Shown here: positions 27,000 to 37,644 of the stretch, in pieces
How positions within the stretch are numbered: position 1 is the stretch's first letter
Layout of the letters: every line of letters begins with the position of its first letter
Assembly (NCBI RefSeq): GCF_009914755.1
Contig: NC_060926.1
Strand: one strand, 5' to 3'
From: the human T2T-CHM13v2.0 reference genome, Homo sapiens
Length of the DNA: 64,000 nt
Notes under the pieces: generated by a model
What the model saw: the letters and a program-made list of their open reading frames with translations, nothing else
Database searches by the model: none
Told to the model about the DNA's origin: nothing
Translations under genes and position numbers: made by a program

Positions 27000-29619
27000 C
27001 TCCAGTGCTTTGGACACTCACATGAGAGCAACCACCAGGGGCCCTTGATGATTCTTTAGTTCCCTGGTTTTGGTATGAACCAAGAAGCAAGTAATGGAGG
27101 GATGTGTCTTCTGTGGGATCCCTTGATGGAGTGTTCAGTGGCTGGTATCTTTATAGCTGTCTCATTCTCCCTCACTAGATAACTACAGTAAAGTAAGCAA
27201 GTAACATGGCATTAGATGGTGTAGGAACTATTGCGATTAATCAAAAAGAGCATTGTAAGTAAATATTAATACTAAGTAAGGTCAATAATCATCATCATTG
27301 TGATTGTTGTGTCATTTTTATTGTCAGGAATGAGACAAAGAAGATGAGGTAAAGGGTACTAGGCCAGGTCAGCTTCAGAATCCTCCAGTGTGTGTTCCCC
27401 CTAAATCTGTGCTCTTTTATTCGTGGGTTGGCCTTGTGAAATCTGATTACAGTATTACTTCAATGACTTTCAATCATGAAAGTGATAGAAAGAAAACAAG
27501 CGAAGCTGATATTGAACAGAGCTTTGACTGCCTGGTCAAAGCCTATGGGATTGAGGGAACAGAACCTTTACTCTAGGCTCAAAAACAAGCTCAAATGGGA
27601 GTAAGTCGAGAATCTTAATGTTATAAAATACCCAAATTTTACAAACAGTGGCTGGCTATTCCTTCAAATGTAAGAAGTAAGATTGTTAACACCTCACTGG
27701 GGCTATTTTGATGCAGACTGAGCCATTGAATGAATTCCGTTAGAGTGGGAGACCTTAGCCATGATTCACGGTGGAGGCGCACACAAGAAGATTAAGTGAA
27801 GTGTGGATGGGTATGGTGAGTGGATGGTTGCAGAGAAATCAGAGGAAATAACTGATGAGTGAATTTACTCATAATGGGCTTGATTTTAGACAGTGAGCAA
27901 GTGGTGACTGAATTGAAAAGCAACTCTGAGTTCAAAAGATCAGGTGGGACCGATGGCAGCAAACAATCCATTGAATTGCTGTTAGATTGAACTGTCTTCA
28001 GAAAGAGGTTGCTGTGGCTTGGCTGGGGCACAGACACTGCAAATCCAGAGACAGAACTTCCTGGGCTCTGGACCATGATAGATAATTAAAGATCAGGAGC
28101 AGCTTGGCTAAAAGAAAGCCAATAGTCAAGGAATAATTTCAACTGGAAAAGAAAAGGATAGAGGCCCTTCTTTAAGGAAGGTAGAAAAACATCCCAGGCT
28201 TTGCAGAAAAAAATAACAGCAGGAAGAAGCTTTCTTTACCCTTTTTTTTTTTTTCCTGCAAATCATGATTGGTTGAGTCCCCCAGCAGTGTGTGGATTGA
28301 TAACGAAGGGGCAGAATGACAAGACAGCCTCAATGGCAAAACCTTCATGAAAGCCGGCAGAGTGAAAAAACAGCTCTGGGTAGATTCCTGCAAGGGCTAG
28401 GACTGAAACCTTCATGTCCACAAAATGGTCTATTGTAAACCTTGAGAACATCTTGCTAAGTTTATCCAAAGTCAGTGTTTCCCTTAACTGGTTGCTAATT
28501 TGAGGACCTTAGCAGAGATAGGCAGACCTTGGAAGGCCAGCTGAGGGCTGACTCATGTTTTAAGCATGGACTATGCAAAGAGACTACATCTCCTACAGCA
28601 CTAAATATTCTTTCAGATGGTCGTTCTAGTAGGAGGGCAAGATGCTAGCCAGGAGATGTGCGTGTTGGACAGATGGTGTGTTTGGCTTTGTGATAGCCAG
28701 GAGGATCAAGCTGGTGATTTATTTCAGGGTTTGGTGAGGTGTAGACACAACTGATTCCATTGCTGTTGGGCCAGTCGCAGTCACGTGTTCACATGACACT
28801 TAAGCAGCTGAAGCCAGATGCGGCCGTAAATCGCCAGGTGAAATATCAAGAGACCTTTCCAGAGACAGCAGCAGGTTAAAATGCTGAATGGCCCTGTCCT
28901 CTGTACTTCCTCTTCACCCTTTTGAACTCCTGTTGTTCATTCCCAGGCGATTGTTTTCCCTGTATCATTGGCAACAACAGATGTTTTGGGTCAAGGACCC
29001 AGCGAAATGCCTCCCAAGTATGTCAGGTCCAGGAGGAGAGGAATTGTATCTCTGGGACATTATTTCTTCAATCTCTTTCAGCAATGGAACATATTTCCTT
29101 TCCATTGTCTTTTTCTTGGAAGCTGTCCATTGCCGGCATCATAGCCATCAGCTACAAGAACAGGCAGGGCTGGTTCTTAGCTGGTCAGTTGTCACGTTCA
29201 GGCGACCTCTTGACAATCCAAAGGGCTTTACCTCAAGGTTCAAGTAAATAAAAAAGTAGCCCCCCGCCCCCACCATACCAGCTCTTTTGACGGTCCAAGT
29301 AATCAGTAGCCACTGTATACCTAGAACATCTTCTGTGTCTGACAGTGGTGGGCCATAAATCGGGAGATTCCAGAAGAACAAACTTCAGTTGCAGCACGTG
29401 TTTGATCTCAATATCTATGTGTGGGTGCCATGACTTAAAAGAGCTGAAGCATTTATAATAGCTTGGAAGAAGGGTCAGTGGAAAACCAACACTGCCCTAG
29501 AAAGTAGACATTTGAACCATGCCCTAGGAAGTAGACATTTGAAGGGGCAAGGGTTCCTAGGGAAGCAAAGACTACGAGTCTTAATTCTTCACAAGTGAAA
29601 ATGTCTCTAAGTTGGAAAA

Positions 29620-29880
29620 CAGAAATTGGCTATGCTCCATCAGGGGTAGAAGGAGGAAATGTCTCTAAATGACAGCAGGAAAACTTTAAACTGAATTTAA
29701 GAAGTTTCTGATGGTTAGGGTTGTAACCTAGAAAACACACTACAGACGTGGCCTATGGAAACTCCTTCTCTGGAGAATTTAAAGCAAAGGGTGGACAGCT
29801 GTTCTTGGATGCTTTTGGCACGGTTCCTCCGGGAGGCAGGACTGGCCTGCCCTAAGATCACTTGAGGTCCCACTCTTGTT
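29620..29880 (+). mobile_element. Probable L3/CR1 3' fragment
   Basis: Degenerate match to the recalled CR1 end (AAGAAGTTTCTGATGGTTAGGGTTG...CCTTCTCTGGAG...TTGAGGTCCC). Confidence 0.45.
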
Positions 29881-30147
29881 CCAGGATCATGTAATATTTT
29901 ATTTCATCTACTGTGAAGCAACACAAAAGACCTGTGGTGATGGAAAACTTGGGGCCGGCTGGTTTCTGGAGAAAGAGCAGATAAGGGGAACCAGTCTTTG
30001 TCCAGAGAACATCTTTACTGCCCTCATGCCAAACATACTTCTTTTTGAGTCTTGGATTGGCCTTCCTGGGTTATTGGTGGTCTTTCTATCCTTTTTGTTT
30101 CCTAGTAAAATAAAGGCAAGCATAGGAGGGAGTGTGTAGAGTGATAT

Positions 30148-30470
30148 TAATAGTAACAACTTTTCCTGAGCTCTTAATGTGTCCTTGTTACTGTGCAAAG
30201 CACTTTACATGGCTCATTCCATTTACTCTTCCCCCAACTCTATGCAGTAAGACTGTCTTTGTATCCATTTTACAGATGGAAAGACTGAGGCTTTAAAAGC
30301 TTAGTGAGTTAGGCTGGGAGTCCAATCCAGATGAGAAGCTATGCTGTGGCAGGTTTACTGAGTCCAATGAGGATTCAAATCCTACGTCACTCCAATTCTC
30401 TGAGCCTCAGTTTCTTTTTGGTGAAAATGGAGAAGATGGTATTTATTTTGCAGAGCTAGATTTCACAGGG
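30148..30470. mobile_element. Two MIR fragments in opposite orientation
   Basis: CCATTTTACAGATGGAAAGACTGAGGC (minus) followed by CTCTGAGCCTCAGTTTC (plus). Confidence 0.6.
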
Positions 30471-32109
30471 AAGGTGACATCAGGGGAGGCAGGTAAAGCC
30501 TCCCGTGTGATCGCGCACAGGCAGCAGGTGTTCAATGTGTTCATTCCTTTCCCCCTGCTCTTCTTCTCCCTTCCTTGGGCTTTTCCTGGTCTGAGTCATT
30601 CCTTCATGATGTCCCTGGTTCTAATCAGGCCTCTGTCAGTGACAGGCGCTTTGCAGCTCAGCATCTCTCTGACTGATGTCTACTGCTAATTCCTTAAATT
30701 TACATATCATCTTTCTTCCCTGGAGCTCATAGCACTTAACAGACAAGTGGGGCACAAATGATTTAACGAAGTGAAATCCAGAGGCCTGCTCGTCTGGAGA
30801 TTCTGCAGACTAGTGGATTAGCTCAGATGTCAGCACTGAATTATGATCCTTCAGCTGCTTGTGCTAAGCATGTCACTAGCATTAACTCCCTGGTCTTGCA
30901 ATGTTCCCCTAAATCATGCATAGAGATTGTCATTTTATCGTGAGAGGGAGATGGGAGAGAAGGAGAAAGGAGAGAAGAGGGGAAGGGGCTACCTGGTGGG
31001 GTGGGTCACTGGAAGGGGCAGACTGTGAAACCTTTGGCCTGGCTGTGCCTGGAGTTTCAGTAACAGGAAGGGTAAGTAGAACAGACCCAGATACAATCCA
31101 TTCAGCCCAGTTCTTCACACTTCCACACACATTTCACTTACCAAATTCTAACCATGATGCCATGATTTCCCTGCCGCTTAAGAATGTAAATTCACACAAG
31201 TGACAGTATCTCTGCCAAACAATTTTCAGGCAGCAAGTGGGTCTTATTTGTGAAACTGTGAAGGAAGAAGGCTGAATAATAAATCTCTAAAATCTGGTTT
31301 CCTTTATATATGAGGTGGCAACAGTAAGGGCTTGGAAATTACCGGAAGCGTGGGAGCATTTAAAGGGTTCTCACTGGTGTCTCGGTACACTGGGTGCTTC
31401 CACAAGCCACCTTGTCATTACTGGTGCACCTCACCTTTGAAAGTGGCTGTTGGCTTGGGAGGGTAGAGGGAATTGTGAAGGGATTATATCTAAGGGATTA
31501 TGAGAAGCTAGCTGATTCTCCTGTCCTCATTTCCAATGTATAGCCTCATATCATTCTTTAACCGTGTATTTATCATTCTCCATTCATCCATTCATTCATA
31601 GAAACAAAATTTTCTTGAGGAGTGGCATATATATAGCACTATCTAGGGGTAGAGAGAAGAAGCAATGTTAAACCTTATTATTTGTAAGACCAGCATTTAC
31701 AATATAACTGGGGTGATAAAAAAGACATGAAAAAACCAGTTAAATTATAATGCCAGGCAGTGAGTGATTACCTGCTGAAATCCATGGAAAATGGCCTGCC
31801 TGAAGTCCTTTTAAAAACATAAAATCAGCAGTACAGTCAGTAAATGCTAGAGTTGTTGAGAAAAGAAGCGGATTAATGTTGCATGTGCCAGAATAGTTAG
31901 GAGAAGAACTAGCCAAAGGGACGGGGTAGATGGAGTGGTTCAGGGAGTGGAGAATTACAGCTAAGAGGAGAAAAAGCAGCAACGGGCCCAGTGGGGAAGC
32001 CAGTTTGCCTCAAACAGAGTGTGATTGATTGCAAGGACTTGGGGCAAGCTACCTGCAGAGCAGCTGAAATAAAGAACTTATTGCATGAAGGTGGAAAACC
32101 TGCAGTCAG

Positions 32110-32310
32110 GGGTCTCGGCTCTGCCATTGAAGTTGCCTCTCTACCTTGGACAAATCACTTTAACCTTTCTGAGCAGTTTCTTCATCATGTGCAAAGTAAG
32201 GTTAGTAAGTCCTATCTCACAAGGATATAGAAAGGATGACATGAAATATTGCATGTAAATGTGCTTGTAACCTGTAAAGCATTATGCAAGAATGAGCTTT
32301 AATTATTATC
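32110..32310 (+). mobile_element. MIR
   Basis: GGCTCTGCCA...CCTTGGACAAATCACTTTAACCTTTCTGAGCAGTTTCTTCATC. Confidence 0.65.
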
Positions 32311-34017
32311 ATTAACAGCAGTAATAGTAAGATCTGATAGGGGAAGCATAGGTTTAGAAGATCTTTGAGGGTCTGATTTGGCATCAGTGTATCCTCCCTC
32401 AGCAGACACCATTATTAATTCTCTTCTGTAGACAGCTGCCTTTTAGTTATCTGTGCTGATTTTGGCCTTGCAGAGGTCACACCTTGTAGGGTATGTAGAC
32501 AGATGTGGCTTTGGATGGTTGAAGAGGCACAAACTGGAATCCCATATACGCATACTAAACTGGTCTCATTTGACTTCAGGGAAGCATAGCTTCTGAAGCA
32601 CTAATCCCAGAGAGCCTAAACAGGAAGGAGCTTAGGGGAGCAGGGAGGTAGGTGAGGCAGCTGGGGAGTCAAGAAGGAAAGAGCTGTTTCTGGGCCACTG
32701 ATGGGAGGTCCAGCACAGGCTCAGCTCTCACCTAGAAAGTTGAGGTCAGCAGGATTAACAACAGCAAAGCAGTGGTCCAGGGAGTATTGCATTGATTCTA
32801 GGCTCTAGAATCCTAGCCCATCTACCCTGACAAGTCCAGGATATTCACAGTCCCTGTGGAGTAAGAAAGCTCTGTGCATCTGTCCCAGGTTAACATGACC
32901 TCACACTAACATGATCCTAAGGCATCTGACGTGCCCACATTCCATGCTGCATATGTGGTAGAAAAGTGGCCCTGCCATCTTGCAGAAGTATTCAGCCTAA
33001 GACGCCCCTATGTTTCAGGGCCAAAAAGAGGTACTGAGATTTCCTCACCAAATGCCACCTTGTTCTCTGTACAAGTGGCCAGAATGGTCCTGTACAAGTT
33101 GGATTTGAAGGTGCAGGTCACACCTGTGTTCTGCAAGGCACGTAGTCTGCCAACAGCAACAAGAACTCGGTCTTCCACATGAGTGTCTGATGAATTTGAA
33201 ACTAATCAGCCAAAAAGGCCATTCTCCAAACATTTGGATTGGTAAACCCTTAATTTCCCAGAACACATATATTCTCTGCTAAACACACAGCCTTTGTTAA
33301 TGATAATGACAGCACCTTTATCACTGGAGCCATATGTGCCTGGCTGTCTCAGAAAGGCCAAGTTCAAGCCTCCCTGAATCATCCCTTTCAGCTCCCACCC
33401 TCTGTTCTGTTTGAAGGTGACACTGGGCTTCTGAGTCACAGTCACTAGAGCCCAAGCATCATCTAGGAGCACTGATGGAGACAGAAGGTTTTAAATGTCA
33501 GCCATTTGGACAGTGCCCAGCCAAGATGGCCAGGGCTGGAAGCATCAACCACCTGGTCATAGTCACCCTCCAATCTAGCAGCCCCCCACCCCCTATAATC
33601 TGTCCCCTTGTAATTCAGTTCATCAGATTGCACTGGCCCTTTGGGTGAGTTAATGATGAATAAGATGTGGGTCTGGCCTCTCAGAATCTAGAGGGAGAAG
33701 AAGGGCACGCACACAACCAGCCAAGACATAAGGCAGCTGTGCCGGGTGCTCCATGTGAAAGAGATGGAAAGGAAATGATACCGAGAAATAGGCAGGAGGG
33801 ACCGATTTGACTTAGAGACTCTTAAGAAAACACAGCATTTGAATCAAGGCTCTGAAGGAGCCTTAAGAAAGGGTCACAGAGCCTGGAGAACAAGGACATG
33901 AATAAACCAAAGACACCGAAACTCAGTCCCAACTTTCCCTTGGAGAGGCCACAGCAGCACACTGGTGTCTTTCCCGAGTGTTTATGGAGAACCTCTGTTT
34001 GGGTTTGTTTCTGCCAG

Positions 34018-34280
34018 ATGACAGGAATTTCTTGCGGCTGCAGAGTGACAGCCAGAGAGAGGGCCAGTATGCCCGGCTCATCAGCCCCCCTGTCCACCTG
34101 CCCCGAAGCCCGGTGTGCATGGAGTTCCAGTACCAGGCCACGGGCGGCCGCGGGGTGGCGCTGCAGGTGGTGCGGGAAGCCAGCCAGGAGAGCAAGTTGC
34201 TGTGGGTCATCCGTGAGGACCAGGGCGGCGAGTGGAAGCACGGGCGGATCATCCTGCCCAGCTACGACATGGAGTACCAG
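34018..34280 (+). CDS. NRP2: NRP2 exon 13 (263 nt, phase 1-0), MAM domain
   Basis: ctgccag|ATGAC ... TACCAG|gtgggg; encodes (D)DRNFLRLQSDSQREGQYARLISPP...GRIILPSYDMEYQ. Confidence 0.96.
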
Positions 34281-34393
34281 GTGGGGTGAGCAAAAAGGGA
34301 ATCTTGTGATCCGTATTTCAATATTTCAAGGGCCGAGCCCATTCATCGTTAGGGAACGTGGTTAAGCGCTACTGTTTTCATTGTGTTTCTCAC

Positions 34394-34407
34394 GTTGCCA
34401 TGGCAAC
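34394..34407. promoter_or_regulatory. Perfect palindromic RFX X-box
   Basis: GTTGCCATGGCAAC, about 115 nt downstream of exon 13. Confidence 0.6.
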
Positions 34408-35050
34408 TGAATGACACTCTTATTTGTTATTCAGAATATGCCTATCTCTACACCCAGACTTGGTTCTTTGTTCCTCCTGTTGCCTTTTATATTGCTGAAA
34501 TCTTCTCCAACAAATGTTTCTCCTCTCCATTTTATTTTAGATTGCTATCAGGTAGGCTGACAAAGGGACACAGAAGCCAGAGAAATAAACACAAACAAAC
34601 CCTCCACACACAAGGAAAGAGGCCTGTGGAGCCCCTTCAGATCTGGGGAGGAAATAGGATAATCTCCCAGACCTGTCCCAGGCAGCAAGAACACAGGAAG
34701 GGGAGCGGGGGCTGTTGGCGCTCAGTGGCCGGCAGACATGAGAGGCTCCAGAGTGAGTGCTCTCTCTCTCTCACCAGCTCCCGGAATGGAGTTCTGTTAT
34801 CTCTGCCCCACAGAGCAGGAGACTGAGGCACAGATGGGTATGTTCAGCCGTGGTTGCAACTTGGGTAGGAGTAGACACACTGTGGAAGAGGTGACTGAGA
34901 ACCAGCCAAAGCATTAACCTTCTCCTCCCCAGACGAGGAGCAGCAACAGATGGCTGGTGCGGCAGCCAACTGCTCACCCAGCTTGCCAGAGGACATGTGC
35001 TAGTTTGCAGAGAGGAACCTGGGGAGGGCGAGCATGAGAAATGACTGAAG

Positions 35051-35089
35051 ACCACAGAGCCGAGGGGCTTCTGTGTACAGCCTGCAGTC
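35051..35089 (+). repeat. 39-bp dispersed direct repeat, copy 1
   Basis: ACCACAGAGCCGAGGGGCTTCTGTGTACAGCCTGCAGTC, identical to 37606-37644. Confidence 0.92.
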
Positions 35090-35164
35090 CCTGTCCCTTG
35101 AGGTTGCAAGGCATCCTGAGACCTTCCCCACCCCCATCTGGGTTCCCACTTACTCACCTGAGTG

Positions 35165-35308
35165 TGTTGTATTGTAACTACCTGTTTGCATTTGTGTCTC
35201 AGCCATTAGATGGGTGAGCTTCTCTGGGCAGAGATCTTGTCTTACTAGGTTTTGTTACTATCCTTATGTCCAGGGCATAGTAGGTGCTCAGTAAATGGCT
35301 GGTGAAAA
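35165..35308 (+). mobile_element. L2 3' end
   Basis: GAGCTTCTCTGGGCAGAGATC...GGCATAGTAGGTGCTCAGTAAATG. Confidence 0.65.
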
Positions 35309-35693
35309 AACAAATTCTTTTCCTCCTAGTTGTAATAATGAAGCCCTAAGGCAACTTATAATAAGGAGCACAAATCAAAACCTATGTGCTGTATTTCTCA
35401 CATTACCCCCACCTACTTGTGTCTTCTGAGTTTTCAAATACCTGGATTGGGCATTTGAAAGATTTATGAGACAGGAACCTCGAAAATAGTGAGGGAAGTT
35501 TCAACCCCCCTTTCAATAGTCTCTGATTATGGCCCTTTTAATCAATACATTCTAGTTACTGGACAACAATATCCACCCCCTTGTTATATTTTCTTATCCC
35601 CTTAAATATGCGTTTGATTTGAACAAACTCATTTTGAATTAAGATTTCAAGAGCTGTAGCCATGTGGTCAACAGATGTGTACCAGGTGCAATA

Positions 35694-35725
35694 ACACACA
35701 CACACACACACACATACACACACAC
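35694..35725. repeat. (CA)n microsatellite about 95 nt upstream of exon 14
   Basis: Direct reading. Confidence 0.9.
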
Positions 35726-35819
35726 GCTTTAAGCTGCAGCTAACAGAAACTTGGAAATCCTTGCACCGTTTGGACTAGGAGACTCAGTTAACCATGGCTC
35801 TTATTCTTCCGGCTTCTAG

Positions 35820-35916
35820 ATTGTGTTCGAGGGAGTGATAGGGAAAGGACGTTCCGGAGAGATTGCCATTGATGACATTCGGATAAGCACTGATGTCCCA
35901 CTGGAGAACTGCATGG
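35820..35916 (+). CDS. NRP2: NRP2 exon 14 (97 nt, phase 0-1), end of the MAM domain; not in the ORF track
   Basis: gcttctag|ATTGTG ... ATGG|gtatgt; encodes IVFEGVIGKGRSGEIAIDDIRISTDVPLENCM, with the MAM IAIDD motif. Confidence 0.95.
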
Positions 35917-37128
35917 GTATGTGAATATCTGTCTCTTCATGGTTCTTTCAAATAAGACCCCAAGGGCTGGGATAAGCAAGAGGAGGCAGGACACCATTTT
36001 CCAATGCAGTCGTTACCCAGTGGGTGGGGCAGCCACAGTCTCTGCAAGGTAAGGTGTGGGTGTAGTTGTGTCTTAGGCTGGGTTCAGGGTGGGAAGGGGT
36101 GTGAGGTAAGGGGACGGCTTATATCCCTGTTCCCAATCAGAAATAGACATGCACTAAGTACATAGAGGTTCAGGGTGCCAAGACCCCCTCAGCAAACCCC
36201 AGCTTTTAGCAAAGAAAATGCTAGAGGACGAGAGCAACTGCCAGTCAAAATTATATGCTGGAAAGGTTTGATGGATTTAATGGAAGCCTTCACTGGTGAG
36301 CAAAAATAGTACATATGTTATGTAAGAGTGATAACACAATTACCTGAGTAGTTATTTTACATGAATGAATTGCAGAGCAAACTGTGGCATTTGAAGTAAG
36401 ATTTCAGATTTTTCTTTAAAACGAATACCTCTAATGCCCAAGATCCCAAAGTTGTTGTAGGATTAAACATTGCAGGCCAGGTGACTGGCACGAGAAGGAT
36501 ATCATAACTATCATCTTGGTCAAAAGCACCTGAACAGCCAGTCCACCTGAGAGGCACGCATTTTCTTCAGGGTCTCCTGCTGCAGATGAGGTCACCCTGG
36601 CTGTGTCCCATCAGAGCCATGGACATTTCCCAAACCAAGAAAGGAACCCTGAGAAGGCATGAGGGTTGCTTTCAGTCAGCAGAGTGGCTGCAGTAACTCA
36701 CCAACTGCCTTTCTTGGCACACGACCCCTGGTGTGTGTGTGCTTGATGATGTCAGAAGCACCTGGGACCACCCCAGTCCCTCCGGGCAACTCTCAGGCCC
36801 CAGGCATCTAAAAGTAATCCAGGCTCTGAGAAAGTAATCAGCAGTAAGTAACTGATTACAATACTTTAGGGACCCGTTTCTTGATGAAGGACTTTTTGTT
36901 CCAAAGCAACTTTGAGAATCCCCCCTCCTCCGCCATCACCACCCCATGATGATGATGTGTTAGAGCCAGCCTAGAACATGTGGAAGATGGGGGGCCCTCT
37001 CCATGGAGTGGTACAAAAAAACCGAGTGCAGTCATGTTTATCATCATATTCATCCAATTATTCACTCTATGTTCACCCAATTGTTTCTTGCCTTTAACTA
37101 AGTCCAATTTTTTGTTTGTTTTTTTCAG

Positions 37129-37164
37129 AACCCATCTCGGCTTTTGCAGGTGAGAATTTTAAAG
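37129..37164 (+). CDS. NRP2: NRP2 micro-exon 15 with two donors: 21 nt (ends 37149, EPISAFA) or 36 nt (ends 37164, adds GENFK)
   Basis: Long T-tract-cag|AACCCATCTCGGCTTTTGCAG|GTGAGAATTTTAAAG|gtaaaa; explains the known a17/a22 and b0/b5 isoform pairs. Confidence 0.94.
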
Positions 37165-37286
37165 GTAAAAAAAAATTTTTTTTTTGCATGCTTTTTCCTT
37201 CCCCCATGTGATGTGAATTTGATGGGGGGAATCAACCTCCAAATTTGTCAAATCTCGCAAGAGAAAAGAGACGCCACACCTTCCTG

Positions 37287-37300
37287 CCGCTAGATGGCAC
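37287..37300 (+). promoter_or_regulatory. Candidate CTCF site
   Basis: CCGCTAGATGGCAC(TA) fits the CTCF core CCRSYAGRKGGCRS; motif match only. Confidence 0.6.
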
Positions 37301-37605
37301 TAGCAACACCTGTAGATGCGGGAAGGGGATTGAGAGCCTCACTGTCTCTTGTTTAATTAAAGTTTAGAAACCTATTAATAGAGACAAATAGGTTACAGAT
37401 AAACCTTTCAGCCTTGCATTGTCCAACGGGGAGCAATGAGGCTGAAAATGCAGGGGTGGTGAGAAAGGAGAGACTGTGGGAAGACTGAACCAAAAAAAAA
37501 AAAAAATCAGTATAAATTAAAAGTGAAATGAGGTGGCAATGATTTATTTTAGCCTGAAGATGGTTTCTTTCCAGTTCCAGGGTACCAAGGCAGCGGTTTC
37601 AGTTA

Positions 37606-37644
37606 ACCACAGAGCCGAGGGGCTTCTGTGTACAGCCTGCAGTC
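37606..37644 (+). repeat. 39-bp dispersed direct repeat, copy 2
   Basis: Identical to 35051-35089; followed by a partial re-copy CCTGCAGTC at 37649-37657. Confidence 0.92.

Noticed and set aside
27032-27045. CTCF-like CCACCAGGGGCCC; also CTGCCATCCTGTGG near 59917 on the minus strand
   Set aside because: The first is one G short of core spacing and the second has two core mismatches, so I do not claim a convergent loop
29493-29543. 27-bp tandem duplication (TGCCCTAGRAAGTAGACATTTGAA x2); also a 10-bp tandem near 4022
   Set aside because: Ordinary local slippage duplications; two units with no spacers, so not CRISPR-like or an array
33822-34365. Several overlapping 100-155 aa ORFs on both strands around exon 13
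   Set aside because: Shadow ORFs of a GC-rich coding exon; only the NRP2 frame has splice support
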